From: Eledone cirrhosa
Taxonomy: Eukaryota
Assembly (NCBI GenBank): GCA_964016885.1
Contig: OZ024748.1
Location: forward strand, 13,578,001-13,642,000
Direction: 5' to 3'
DNA length: 64,000 nt
Part shown: piece by piece, positions 14,518 to 29,706 of the stretch
Position numbering within the stretch: position 1 is the stretch's first letter
Layout: each line of letters opens with the position of its first letter
Program-made: the position numbers and the translations under genes
Notes under the pieces: model-generated
Told to the model about the DNA's origin: nothing
The model's input: the letters and a program-made list of their open reading frames with translations, nothing else
Databases searched by the model: none

Positions 14518-14591
14518 GGATAATAATAAGGATAATAACAATAATAACAATAATGATGATAATAATAATTACGACAACAACAACAACAACA

Positions 14592-14657
<66 letters not shown>
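14467..14657. repeat. compound triplet microsatellite (AAT)n-(AAC)n-(ACT)n
   Basis: Directly visible. Confidence 0.95.
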
Positions 14658-14658
<1 letters not shown>

Positions 14659-14876
14659 GTATAGTAAGTAAAGGAAAGGTAAAGTAAAAAATCTTTAGAA
14701 TCTGTCAGAATCAACTCTTACTTTCAATATCGCTTCAACTTCTATTATTATCATCCTTTTTAATAGATTACATATATACACACACACACGGACAGACATA
14801 GATATATAAAATATATACAATATATATATATATATACATATATATATGACGGCGATGAATTAGTTTTGCGAGGTTT

Positions 14877-14931
14877 TTGATATGAAATCGTGTATCGAAA
14901 CCAATATTGTTTCGACACACGATTTCATATC

Positions 14932-14933
<2 letters not shown>
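14877..14933. repeat. 57 bp hairpin with a short one-sided tail next to (TA)n
   Basis: ttgatatgaaatcgtgtatcgaaac...gtttcgacacacgatttcatatcaa. Confidence 0.8.
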
Positions 14934-14962
<29 letters not shown>

Positions 14963-15714
14963 GCACACAAATAAACATACATATCTTTACTTTCTTTATT
15001 TCAATAGAAAATCTGAATTCTGACACCCAAGCGAACTAACCATATTCACTGAACCAGAACAATTCTCCCATCCCATTTCTCTTGACCATTATCTTTTGTT
15101 TGTCATAAAATTCTCTAAAGAGGCTACAGAATAGATTTCCAAATAAGGGCGCGAAATTCAATGAAAACTTGTTCACGTGACAACAATAATTTCATTTATA
15201 ACCAATCGAATTACGTTTATTAAAAAAAAGCCTTCGTGAGCCTCTTTTTATAAGTAAAAAGAAATTCAAACACTCATATATGAAAAAACAACCTGAGCCC
15301 CCCCCCCCCCCCTATTATGATTATTGACCAACCAATCAAATTACTTCTCTAAAAACCTGGCGTTTCGAGCCACTTTTTTCCATATAAAACAAGTAACATT
15401 CAAAGACCAAACAGATGTGAGAAAAACCACAGACCCTCCATCTCAACTCTACTTTTGAAAAGCAGAAGAACTGCGAAACCGGTAAAGGAATCAAATAAAT
15501 ATATATATTTTAAAAAAAATAAGACTCCAGTTGCACTTTCGATTTCATCTTTTTTTCTTTATATATATATGTGTATATAGATAAGTTATCCCGGGTTCAA
15601 TCACGGTTATCCACAGTAAGGTACTCAATACAAGGCAAAATATAAATGTTTAATATAGAAACGCTTCTACAGGACTAGAACTGTTACAGGAAGTGTTTCA
15701 GGAACTGTTTCAGG

Positions 15715-15767
15715 AAGCTTCCTGATGATTTCTCACGAATGAAACAGTTCTAGTCCTGTAGAAGCTT
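15715..15767 (+). ncRNA. type I hammerhead ribozyme (family A, second subfamily)
   Basis: aagcttc-CTGATGA-t-ttc tcac gaa-t-GAAA-cag ttctagtc ctg-TA-gaagctt; stem I differs from 9221 but is still fully paired. Lies in element 15583-15779. Confidence 0.85.
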
Positions 15768-15775
15768 TTCTATAT

Positions 15776-15871
<96 letters not shown>

Positions 15872-15978
15872 CTTACGCGTATACGTATATGCATATTTAT
15901 TTATATATATATATATATATACATATACATACACAAACATAAAAAACATACATATACATACATACATATATATATATA

Positions 15979-16222
15979 TTTCGTTTCTGAATTTGTTTAG
16001 CAAGATTCTTTATCTGAAAACGTGTGTTGAAACCGATATTGTTATGCTTTGGGAGGGTCATGTTGCCAATAAGAAACACACGCACCAGTTGCTTTCACTC
16101 CAATTTATTATGAATTAAATTTATAAATTTAAGAATTTCTTATTGGCAACATGACCCTCCCAAAGCATAACAATATATATATATATATTTTTATGCTTTG
16201 GGAGGGTCATGTTGCCAATAAT
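15979..16222. mobile_element. family H TA-flanked element with inverted segments
   Basis: ttatgctttgggagggtcatgttgccaataa occurs at ~16042, inverted at ~16140, and again at ~16192; the start matches 9411-9458. Confidence 0.7.
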
Positions 16223-16223
16223 A

Positions 16224-16261
<38 letters not shown>

Positions 16262-16289
16262 CATACATATATATATTTGTACATTTATC

Positions 16290-16374
<85 letters not shown>

Positions 16375-16437
16375 GTATATATATATATATATAACATATA
16401 TATGTATGCATATATACATAACATATGCATATATATG

Positions 16438-16472
<35 letters not shown>

Positions 16473-17336
16473 GTAGATATTTGTGTGTATGTGTATGTGT
16501 ATGTGTGTGTCTATGTGTGTGTGTCGGTGTGTGTGTTTCGGTGTGTGTGTGTGGTACATTATACATGACATCCTAACGTTTTGTTTAAGTCAGTGGGGCA
16601 TGATTTGAGGGGACCTCACCGCTAGTTTGTTTCGTATCTTTTGAACAGGGGCTGTTATTGGATATCCTTGAGATTCAGAAATCAACTGGATTGTATTTTA
16701 ATTAAGTAATATGAAATCTATTCTGTTATATTCTTGCCACGAGTTGCTGACATCGACACAACTACCACAGGTCCAATCCTCCCTTGACAGCGTTTAATTA
16801 TGTAATACAGTGAAAGAATATTGAAGACAAAATATATGCTATGATTTATTACGAATACAATTTATGTGTTCTTATAATAGTGATTGTCTCTATTTCATAT
16901 TGTGTTCTAACATAAATTCCTCGCGTTTTTTTTTTCTCTTCACCTTCGCTTCATGAAGAATCTGATGTCAATTTTTTTTTCTTATAAATCCAGTTTCCAT
17001 TTCTTTTAAGAATATAATATTCATTTGTTCTTATAAATAAAGAAAATAATTCATTTCTTATTTTTGTTTTACCTCCTAGAAGCAGTTCGCCTTGTAACTC
17101 GAAATTCTTTTTACGAGAAATATATTTTGCTATAAATCAAGAATCACCCCTGCGTTTATTCTATTCTTATATTTTTGATATCAGAAGGAAAGCTTGGAAG
17201 CTTTTATAGGAATGTACGATCTGTTTTGTTTTATTTTTCCTTAAATAAATCCAGAACTCATTTCTCTCTATATATCAATATATATATATATTTTTTATAA
17301 TTCTGAAGTAAATATTACACATATGCAATCATGCCA

Positions 17337-17575
17337 TGTATGTATGTATGTATGTATGTATGTATGTATGTATGTATGTATGTATGTATGTATGTATGTA
17401 TGTATGTATGTATGTATGTATGTATGTATGTACGTACGTATGTATGTATGTATGTATGTATGTATGTATGTACGTATGTATGTATGTATGTATGTATGTA
17501 TGTATGTATGTATGTATGGATGTATGTATGTATGTATGGATGGATGTATTTATATATGTATGTATGTATGTATTG
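17337..17575. repeat. (TATG)n tetranucleotide microsatellite
   Basis: Directly visible. Confidence 0.97.
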
Positions 17576-17919
17576 TATGCATGTGTGTATGTTCAATACA
17601 TACAAGCATACACTCTACAATACATTAGTAGAGCGTAAACATCATGTTTAATATAGAAATGGCTCCTACAGGACTAGAACTGTTTCCTTCAAAAGAGAGA
17701 GGCTACTGCACATTTTATGTCTACCATACTCCACTCACAAACGATCTGTCACCACGAGGCTCTGGCAAGACACACCTGCTCAAGATGGTGTACTGTGGAA
17801 TGGAACTGTGTACTATATGGTTGCAAAAGGGATTTCTTAAATCCACAAACTCATTTACACACATATTTATAACTTCAACGATTGACTAGATCCCAGATCT
17901 CATCCGCTTGCCGCTTATC

Positions 17920-18113
17920 AAATAGACCCAAAGAAAAACTGTTTCCATTGGTCTTTCCATTGCTGATATCATCTGCCGTTCGCTCTTCCTAGCAGAAAGA
18001 GAAATGCGAAATAAAGTGTCTTGCTCAAGGCCACAACCCATCGCCTGGTCCAGGAATCAAACTCACAAATTCACTGTTGTGAATCCAGTTCTCTCAACAG
18101 TAATCCACGCGCC
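17920..18113 (-). mobile_element. tRNA-derived SINE family 1, diverged
   Basis: gaaataaagtgtcttgctcaagg...ggtccaggaatcaaactcac is the reverse complement of the 10367 copy. Confidence 0.8.
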
Positions 18114-19687
18114 ATCACTATATTCTTGTCAGTTCCCTTTAATCCTTTGCTTATCCTCCATGTTCCAGCAAATATTATTATATTCTATATTACCTTGACA
18201 ATATTTCCAGCTTAACGTTATGGAACATAAAATTAGTCACCATTATGGCAAAGGCCGTGTATTCACGTGGTCTCTATATGTCATGCGTTTATATATAATT
18301 GATTTACATTGCACTGTATACCTGAATAGAGGAAATCGGAATGGTGTTGGTTAAATGACTCACAAATAATTAAATTTATATTATTCCCTCATGTTACTAT
18401 CAACTATACGATATATTAGCGCGATTAAATGCTTTAAGAGAATCCCTTGTTCTGGTTGCTGCTTTGAATATGATCTGAGATTTCAATGATGAATTATGTA
18501 TCAAGCTTGTGACGAGATCATAGTTGTGTAAAACATATAAACACATAAACGTGTGCAGATTCACACATAATAATGGAAAGATAAAGGTACGGGTATATAC
18601 ACAACGCAGCATCCAATCCTACAATTTGTCTACAAAACCGAGGGAAACATTAACAGATCGATGTGTGTTTAGTGGCTGCAATTGCGGCAGGTATCTTACG
18701 ACTGATTGAAGTTTAATATCGTAACATCTGAGGAAGGTAAAACTTACGAATGCCTTATTATGTGTTTTAGAAGTTTGAATCATAAATATTATATCAACAT
18801 GAAGCGGGGTTTCATTGTTATTAAGGATGAATCATGCTCGATCATTATTGAAACATCAATGTCTGGCTGACCTATTGATCTGGGATTATACAAGCATATT
18901 TAGATGCATAAGCTTTACGGCGCTTGCATAACATAAGAGTTTGTGAGAGGATAGGAAATTATATAAAGCTATTTACAATAATATCAGAATATTAAAATAC
19001 TGATGTCGACATGGAAGCTTTACAGGTAAGATTCAAAAGGGAGTAATATTTAGCATTTAGTAAAATATTACACAGAGTTCTTTCACACTCATCCTGCGGG
19101 TAAATAATACACAATTATATCAAAACCTTTATATACAAATTATATACAAATTGTATTCACAATTATTTACAAATGCAAACTTCTGTAGCATCAATGGTGC
19201 CAGCGGAAAACTGGCAATAGCCTCAAGCCAGGAGAGAAATGAACGCCTAATATTAGATTAGTTTTTAAGTAGTTTAGTAATTAGTAAATAATGTTTAAAA
19301 TATGATTTATCTATACGTTACTAGAAGACAGAACATATCAAATAGACACTTGTTATAAAATATGATGTAATATTAATGTCAGGCTACTCTCTATGTACTA
19401 CGTTTGTAAACAAAAACGCATATTTATATATACATACATTCATATAAATATATATATATATATATGTATATAGATACATACACAGACTCACACTCACACA
19501 TACATATATATATACGCATACATACATATAAATATACGCATACATACATATAAATATATATATATATATACATACATACACACACACAACACACACATAC
19601 ATATATATATATATATACATTCATACACACACACATATATATATATACATATATATACACACACATACATACATACAGATAAATATG

Positions 19688-19751
<64 letters not shown>

Positions 19752-19837
19752 CATATAAATATATATCCATATATACATATAAATATACATACATACACAT
19801 ATATAAACATTCATACATACATATAAATATACATACG

Positions 19838-19911
<74 letters not shown>

Positions 19912-20399
19912 TTACATATACATATATACATATATATACATACATAAACACACAACAAACACACACACAGCATACACTAACACATTCATATAGCTTCCTC
20001 CATATACATTCATTAAATCAACCATCAGTCAGTTGAATGGATAGTTTGGTTGCTATAGTATTTATTATACATCATATTACCCTCCCTACCAAGGCCAACC
20101 TCATCAATACCTCGGTGTATAGCAAGCATACTACTGCCCAACTGTGTGTTCTATTGATTTTCATTGATATTAAGTACAGGTGGACCCTCCCTCTCTCCCA
20201 CTCATCTCTCTCTTTCTCTCTCTCTATCTGTCTCTCCCTTTCTTTCATCAGCAATACAGACATAGTGAGCATTATCCTTCAAATACTCTCACCTTTACAT
20301 ATATAATCTATTAACCTATTTTTCCACACATTTATACCTTATCTATCTTTATATATTTGCTTCTTTTTTGCATGTCTGTTTCCCATTGCCTCATTACGA

Positions 20400-20505
<106 letters not shown>

Positions 20506-20526
20506 ATATATATATATATATATATT

Positions 20527-20589
<63 letters not shown>

Positions 20590-20982
20590 ATATATATATA
20601 TTTATATTTATATTTGCTGTATGTATATACCTATGTATGTGCATATGAATTTGCTTTTTGCTTGTTTGTTTGTTAGTTTTTCTGTATGATATTGATTTTT
20701 ACCTTATGTGGCGTTTTTTTATCCTTTATATTTACAGAAAACAACTGATTGTTACGAACGAACGTCAAATAAAACACTGCACTAGTTCATCTAGTGGTGT
20801 GTTGATGAATACACACACTGTATGTATATATATGTCGAGCTGTGTTGCCTGTAGCTTGTCATTGTTTGAAGGTTTGTGAGATCAGACACATCTACATGTA
20901 GGGGCTTGAATACTTACTTGAATATACGCAGAAGGCTACGCTGGAAAGAACGGGTAGTTAGAATAGATATACACCCACCTCT

Positions 20983-21299
20983 AACAACAACAAAAGCAAC
21001 ACCAACTACAACAACATCAGCTACAGCAACAACAACTGCTACAACAACAACTACAACAACAACTACAACAACGACAACAGCTACAACAACAGCTACAGCA
21101 AAAACAGCATCTACAACACCAACTACAACAGCTACATCAACAACTACAACAACAACAACAACAGCTACAACAACAACAACAGCTACAACTACATCAACAG
21201 CTACAACAACAACAACTACAACAACAGCAACTACAACAACAGCTACAACAACAGCAACAACTACAACAACAACAGCTACACCAACAACTGCTACAACAA
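20983..21299 (+). repeat. degenerate (ACA/ACT/GCT) triplet repeat
   Basis: Directly visible; gives a poly-Thr pseudo-ORF. Confidence 0.9.
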
Positions 21300-22969
21300 G
21301 GATATAGAATTAACAATGAATAATAATCAAAATTAAGTCTAAAGACAGAAGACGCTTTAAGTGGATTTATTTCTCTCCCTCTCTACCCCTCTCTCTCTCT
21401 CTTTCTATCTCTACCCCTCTCCGTCTCTCTCTCTATCTCCCTCTCTCTACCTTTCTCTCTCTACCTCTCTCGCTCGCTCTTTGTGTCTCTCTGTTCATCT
21501 CTTTAACTCTATCTCTCTATCTGTCTCTTTATCTGTCTATCTCTCTCTGTTTCTCTGTCTCACGCTCTCTCTAACTCTATCTATCTATCTATCTGTATAC
21601 ATACACACCTCTCTCTTTCTCTTCTCTCTCTCACTCGTTTGACACTCCTCAACACTTACACAACTTCCGACAGATGTTTTATATTCTATGTTAATGTGGT
21701 TGTTGTCTCTTCTATATATCCTATAGTTGTAGGTATTGTACTTTTTAAATGACGTCTACACCAAGTACTACCACTCAACAAGATTTAAAACAAAAAAAAA
21801 CAAAAAAAATAGTACTAATAATTTAAATAAAAGACCAGTGTTTTGAGTGGATGGGAAAGTCCATTAACTAAATGACGTTAATCACGGTGGGTATTGTACT
21901 ATGATAGCAGAATAAACCCTTGGAAAGAACAGTGATATTACAAATTACAGATGGTAGATATACATTAGATCGTTCTTTCATGTGGATTATATGTTTCTCA
22001 AATGTTCAAATTTTGGCTTGTCAAGAGCTGATACGGAATATACCTTTCTGAGTTGTAAAAGACTAAGACTTGTCAAAGATGGATACGGGATATAACAAGG
22101 ACTGACAAATACACACTGAAATTTCTGATTATTTTTGTCAGATGTTCAAGACCTAGGACATTTCAGAAAGGATACAGGATTTACCAAAGACTAACTTAAA
22201 ACTATTGAAACCTTCATCAGATGTTTTTGAAGATCAACATCCGACTTAACGGAATTCAAACTGAGAACGGTGAAAATGAAACGTGAATATGCATAATTAC
22301 ATTGGATTAAGTAGTGTACCAGTTATATTCATGGTTACGTCTATTTTATAAGTGCCAACAGTGTTTTCGGATTTATTGTTACCATTACACCAAATATTGG
22401 ATATTATATATTGTTAATTCTATCGTTGGAAGGAATATATTGTTTCTATTTTTAAAATAGATACATACAAACCCAAGCAGAGAGATATATACGGATATAT
22501 AAAGACACGCACAGGCAGACATACAAACACATACACATACACACACACATTTATACATATACATACTTATATAAACATACATACACACATTGATATATTA
22601 ATACACACCCCCATATATATATATATACATACATACATAACATACACACATACACTAATACATTACATACATATATCGCTACATACATTTATACATACAT
22701 ATATCAACATACATACACACATTCATATATTAATACACACACACACACATATATATATACATTAATAAATACATACATACACACACACATACATACACAC
22801 ATATATACACAGACAAATACATACATACACACACACATACATACACACATATATACACAGACAAATACATACATACATACATACATACTTACATACACAC
22901 ATATACACATATACAAATACATACATAGATACATACATATATACATTGTAAACTTAAAGACAAAAGAAT

Positions 22970-23422
22970 ATGTCGGAAACTAGAGGTTCTCAGCAACATT
23001 TAGTACAATGTCTAGCAAAAGAGGTTGAGCTCACTTCCATCGAATTGGATGACGGGGGTACCAAGAACAGAACTAAAACTCCAAAACGGATATTACATTT
23101 TAGTGATGGAATCATTGAGGAATATTCTTCATCGGACGAAGATCAAACAGTTTGTGATGATGGTAAATCTCCATTGGTAACTCCTAAGTCATTTGATCCA
23201 AGGTCACCAGATATTCTGCCGTGGATATGGTTTTATTTGACATTTGCTTTTCGTAAATCTCTCAGAACTGCTGAGTTTTGCGGTGAGAAGTTAGGTTATG
23301 CCTTTGGTATAACCAGCCCCAAATATCAATATGCTATTGATGAATATAATCGGCAGAAAAAGGAGGACGAGGATCTGGCAGCAAATAGACAAAAGTTTGA
23401 AGAACAGCAAGAAAAGTTTTAA
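22970..23422 (+). CDS. FAM177A1: FAM177 family protein (FAM177A1-like), 150 aa, uninterrupted ORF
   Basis: PKRILHFSDGIIEEYSSSDED, PWIWFY and EFCGEKLGYAFGITSPKYQYAIDEY match recalled FAM177A1 motifs (PRRVIHF..G...EEYSTDEDE; DFLGEKIASVLGISTPKYQYAIDEY). AATAAA overlaps the stop. Confidence 0.9.
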   Translation: MSETRGSQQHLVQCLAKEVELTSIELDDGGTKNRTKTPKRILHFSDGIIEEYSSSDEDQTVCDDGKSPLVTPKSFDPRSPDILPWIWFYLTFAFRKSLRTAEFCGEKLGYAFGITSPKYQYAIDEYNRQKKEDEDLAANRQKFEEQQEKF

Positions 23423-24053
23423 TAAACACGTTTAATATACATGAGAATTATTTCGTAATACAGACATATGAAATTATATATATATATACGGAATAGAATG
23501 AAACGAAATTTCATTTCTCACTCTTAGTACGGCACTTACTTAAATGTAAGTATGTATGTATACGTACATACATATATGTATGCAGACGTACAGTAGTATG
23601 TATATATACACATACATGCACACATATATATATATATATGAACGTATCGGTTTACCGAACATTTATTGTAATGCTCGGTTTGTTTATATATATATATATA
23701 AATGAAAATAGAGAAATTAATGTGAGCAAGCAGCCAACAGTATTTCATAATATATAAGTGACTATAACGTCAAAATGGAAAATATTTAACGTAAGATATG
23801 GGAAAATAATTCAAACTCAATTAAAAAAGACAGAGATTTTATCCACAGATTTTGTGAAATCCAGGGGGAAAACCAATAGAGTCTTAATTCAGAATAAAAA
23901 AAGTTTAAATACTCATCCTTCAATTTGGAAAAACTACAAATGCTCTATATAGTCTTAAAAATACTATTTCACGAAATTTTTCAGTGGGATTAGTCACGGT
24001 TGGAATCGTAAGAGAGAGAGAGAGAGAGGAAGAGGAGAGAGGAGGAGAGAAAG

Positions 24054-24107
<54 letters not shown>

Positions 24108-24511
24108 AGTGAAATTCCCATCATACTGTCTATGAAAAAAGTTGAAGTACGTCGAATTCTCTATCTCTCGCTCTCTCTCTATATATACCTACATACACAC
24201 GTATATATATATTAGTATATACATATGTGTGTTTGTGTGTGTGTATGTGTGTGTGTGTACATGTTTAAAATTTTCACAGGCACACATTCATAAAGAAAAA
24301 CGTTCATACATGTACATATAGATATATACGCGTCCACACCTTTTCTCTCACACATGTATATCTATATATCTCGCTTTATAAACACACACACACACACACA
24401 CTCACACGCACATATATATATATATGTGTGTGGGTGTGTGTGTGAATGTATTCATATATGTATGCATGTATATTTGTATATATCTATTACTCTCTCTCTC
24501 TCTCACTCTCA

Positions 24512-24559
<48 letters not shown>

Positions 24560-24582
24560 ATGTATATGTATATATATATATA

Positions 24583-24616
<34 letters not shown>

Positions 24617-24829
24617 GTTTTAATATAGATGAGATTCTACAGGACAAGAACTGTTTCATTCTTTAGAAATCATCAGGAATCATTAGAAATCATCAGAGAT
24701 TCCTGATGATTTCTAAAGAATGAAACAGTTCTAGTCCTGTAGAATCTCATCTATATTAAAACTGTTATACTCTGCTATGTATTGAGTACCTTACTTACTG
24801 TGGTTACCTCCGATTCAACCCGGAATAAC

Positions 24830-24831
<2 letters not shown>
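24617..24831. mobile_element. family A element with hammerheads on both strands
   Basis: Minus-strand motif 24633-24681 and plus-strand motif 24696-24748, then tail to (TA)n. Confidence 0.88.
24696..24748 (+). ncRNA. type I hammerhead ribozyme (family A)
   Basis: Same 53-nt sequence as 9221-9273. Confidence 0.85.
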
Positions 24832-24917
<86 letters not shown>

Positions 24918-25671
24918 CATTATAAGCGATTATATGACGAAGTATATATATATACAGCCGCTTGTGTTGATATTTTTTTTTACCTGTTTTTATACATTAA
25001 ATTATTTACATGCCTGTATATATGTGTATGTATGTACATATGTACATATTCATAATTGTGTCTATATGTGTATATATGTGTATATATATTATATCATATT
25101 TTAATGTAGCATTCGTCGGCATCGACAAACTACGTTTATATGTTCAATCATCTGAAATATGTTGAGACCATACTCTCTTATAAATTAACATGTATGTGGC
25201 TGCATGTTCCAGAGACACGTGTGAGTGTCAGTTTAAATAGATGTGAGAGAAGATCTGACACGATAGTAGGCCTTCTATTTACCTGATGAGCTCCCACACA
25301 ATAACCGTCCATTCAAGTTCACTTAAATAGTCCCGATGATTGCAATGTTTTGGAGGTCAGCATTTGACCGGCAGAATGAGACAAACAAGTTATGTAAGAA
25401 CTACAATATCACATCAAAATATATCTGGGAATGAAAATGCAGTAGACGAGTTTCTTGCTACTACTAATTTGCTAATATATTTAGCTACTAATTTGTTAAA
25501 CTATATATATACAGTTATAAGGGAGTTCACAAGTTATTAAACAAATCCTTGTAATGAATAATTCTTTATAACGAGATCGACATAACACATCGAGCGAGTG
25601 GCCGGGGATTGAAGATAATTTCATTATACTGAAAAATTCGTCATAATGGTATTCGTTATAACGGAATTTTA

Positions 25672-25735
<64 letters not shown>

Positions 25736-26407
25736 GAATCTTAAACTCAATAAATTGTCTCTCGTTCTTCATATAATGTGGGTTTTTCGTGTTGATTCTC
25801 TTGCTATGTAGTGACACATATATATATAGTGACACTTATATATATAGTGACACTTATATATATATATACATATTCACACACGCGCACACACACATCTAAT
25901 GAGTCAGGGTGCGAACCTATAGGGGATACGTTAACCTATAGAGGCTTGACGGAACGGCCAAATATCCCTCAGATCGTAACCCTGCACTCATAAAACCTTT
26001 CTATCAGACCGTATTTGGGGTTGAACCCCAAGATTATCAGAAACGCCTGCAAAAAGAATTTCTGCAACAATGATCACATGATTTAACGTCATTTGAAAAT
26101 GCAATTGACATACATAGACAGAAAGAGAAATATAGATAGAATGAGAGAGAGAGTGAGAGAAACAGACTGACTGATGAATACAATATATAGTTATAGAAAT
26201 GACTTCTAGAACTGTGGTATTCATGATGATTCATATGAATGAAACAATTGTATTTTGAAGTGGTTTCTATAATTAAATATATAGGCCTAACATTACTAAC
26301 ATAGTGAGTATTTAACCAGGGTTCACCAAAATGAGCACTCGATACGTAGTTTCCAGTGTGTAATTTGGGGTTGTACTGAGCAGAGTGTAATAGTAATAAT
26401 TGTGTCT

Positions 26408-26570
26408 ACTTTTGCCACAAGGCCATCAAATATCCCAGTGCATTACTGGTATTTTATTTTATCAACCGCGTAAGGATGAAAGGCAAGATTCGAACTCAGA
26501 ACGTATAGGCTATAACTCTATGCTGAAAAGCATGGTGTCTGACGCCCTACCGATACTGCTAATCCACCGG
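26408..26570 (-). mobile_element. SINE family 2
   Basis: acaaggcc...cccagtgcattactggta...taaggatgaaaggcaa...ctaccgatactgctaatccaccg. Confidence 0.8.
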
Positions 26571-26771
26571 GGTAATAGTAATAATAAGTATTGAAAAGGT
26601 GTTATATTATTATTAAGTTTATTCAGGTGTGACACGCATTTAGGAATTGATCGGCTCAAATTTCGATCTCTATCAATCTGGCCCGCATCTGGCCTAGATA
26701 CTTATTAATAGAAATTTAAGATATAGAACTTGCAATGCATGACTTGCAATGCAACACACGAGAGATCATAC

Positions 26772-26874
<103 letters not shown>

Positions 26875-26903
26875 GTATATATATATATGTATATATATAT
26901 ATG

Positions 26904-27013
<110 letters not shown>

Positions 27014-27149
27014 TAAGAAAAATGGAGTGCTGCGTGGTTGCACATGGGTTATATAGGAATAAAATGAGTCCTTCATCAGTGATCTTCCAACCTTCATTGG
27101 TATTTCATCGCTTTAATATATATATATATACATACAGAGAGAGAGATTG

Positions 27150-27272
<123 letters not shown>

Positions 27273-27754
27273 TAGACTGAGAGACAGCGAAGTTATAGTT
27301 TATGAGCTGTCTATTAATATTGCACATCTGCATAGTTTAGTAAATGCTGCACTTAATAACATCACCAGAAGTGTAATAAGTCGCTATCCTTGACGAGATT
27401 ATTAATCTACTGCAATAAAATAAAGTAAAATACTAATTCATTGAAGTTTATATTTAATGTAATATCTGTAATTAGGACAGTCGGACCTATAGAACGATAG
27501 AATTCGGCAGAAAGATGCAACAGTTTGCTAAACATGCGTACGTGACATTTACACACATAGAACTGTTGTTCGTTAGATTTAAATGATGGATCTTAAATTT
27601 CTGTGAATAATACACTTACTGTATTCTCTGTCGGGAGTTGATATAGAGACATACAAGCAACACTTACTCACAAGCACGTCATATACACGTCTATGTTTGC
27701 ATATATGAATATATGTATGTATCATTACATATAAAAATATACACGAATATATAT

Positions 27755-27787
<33 letters not shown>

Positions 27788-27984
27788 ATAGATACCACCA
27801 TGTATATATGCATACGTATATACAAACGAACATATATACATGGTCGTGGCTGCCAACTCGTTTTCGAGTACGGCCACTACTTTATATCCATGTAGGAGAA
27901 ACCCTACCAATGCGCTGAACGAGTGTGACTTTTTAATCCAGCCAGTGACTTGAAAACTCTGGTACAAACACTACAATTGTGACA

Positions 27985-28452
27985 ATTATTGTCACATAGT
28001 GCTGGGCCCATGGTACCATGTGACGACAAATGCAGAGAGATCTCCAGATATAAGGCAATGCCTGTGCCGTGAAGCTTTTATAGTGAGGAAAGGCACTGCA
28101 CAAAGCCAGTCCCACTTTCTTAACCAAGATGATAGTTACCAAAAAGAAGAACAAGTCAACATCATTGGATACCATCAGGGTTGCAGGTGTTATATAAGAG
28201 TTTTCCTTCTCCTAGAATTCTGCCTTGACAAAGGCTAAGGGGTCATCTCTCCCGGTGATTTTGGATGGCCATTGACTCTTAAGAGCTCCTGTGCCCTTTG
28301 ACAGGTTTTGTTTTTAGTCCTGCAGGATGTCCAAAGTCACCCTCTTCACCAAGAAACCTTGATGGGGTTTCCAGTTTAGTCGCTAACGACTCGACCATGA
28401 GACAGGTTGTACTGGGATACATGTTACCAGTAGCACCAACTGGTGACCTGAC
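27985..28452 (-). mobile_element. RTE-like LINE 5' UTR fragment
   Basis: GC-richer island; minus strand aaggcag...ctaggagaaggaaaactc resembles RTE 5' UTRs (recalled); HDV-like remnant at its 5' end. Confidence 0.5.
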
Positions 28453-28928
28453 ATATATACATACATACATATATACATACATACATATATGCATATATAT
28501 ATACATACATATATAAATACATTCACGTAGACAAGCATACATACATATATATATATATATAATGCCTACATACATATACATACATATATTTATGTGTATA
28601 TGAATTATATAACACCAATATCAACATAATGGCTTTCCGTTCCATTAGGTTGTATCGATTAATGTTTCTGTTAAAATAGACAAAATAATGTGCAAAAGAA
28701 CTATCCAGTTCTTTCTACAGGAGCATGGCATAACAATTAACGTAATAACCGTGAACAATTACCTCCATATAGCTCCGGTAGGTGGCAGTGGAGAGAAAAT
28801 AAGGAACAGGCCCATGTATATATTAATACGGTACTGTTCGTGTTAATGGGAAAATGCTTAATATATATATATATATGACAGATATATCTTGTAATAATAG
28901 CGTGTATGTTTTTAGTTTTTATTTGGTA

Positions 28929-28995
<67 letters not shown>

Positions 28996-29012
28996 AATAC
29001 ATATATATATAT

Positions 29013-29097
<85 letters not shown>

Positions 29098-29410
29098 CAT
29101 ATATATATACATATATATATATATATGTTTATTTGTACATATATATCTTTATATATATATATATACTTATACATATATACATATAATAGAAATATGTGTA
29201 TATATATGTGTGTGTAATTGTATGTATATATGTATATACACATATCCACATACACGTGTATCGATTGCATTGATTTAAATGGTGCAGTGGACATCTCTAA
29301 TACGAGCAGAATTAACCGAGTTTATATTACATACATGTTTAAATATTCGATTTTTAAACGTGATTTTCTTATTAATTATTCTGGGTGATATATTAAAACT
29401 AAACAGCCAG

Positions 29411-29496
<86 letters not shown>

Positions 29497-29670
29497 TCTG
29501 AGCCATAGAGGTTACGTTTTAAATTGATATCCATTTAAACTTTACACTGCTTGCGTTCACGGTTCTCTTCTCTTTTGCTTTTCCTCACACACACACACAA
29601 TCTCTCTCTCTCTCTGTATATATATATATATATATATATTTACACACACACACACATATATATATATATT

Positions 29671-29706
<36 letters not shown>

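Noticed and set aside
15195-15385. Two CCAAT-containing diverged ~130 bp units
   Set aside because: No linked transcription start or exon; more simply an old tandem duplication.
22000-22220. Spaced short repeats (ttgtcaa...gatacgg) resembling a CRISPR array
   Set aside because: Only about three degenerate units, eukaryotic context and no cas genes.
25275-25330. ctattta-c-CTGATGA...taaatag
   Set aside because: No GAAA or stem III.
25560-25675. pogo/Tigger-like end cgttataacggaattttacctata
   Set aside because: No matching opposite TIR found.
27015-27116. CTGATGA-agga...tcct on the minus strand (also the ~7050 copy)
   Set aside because: No GAAA follows the putative stem II.
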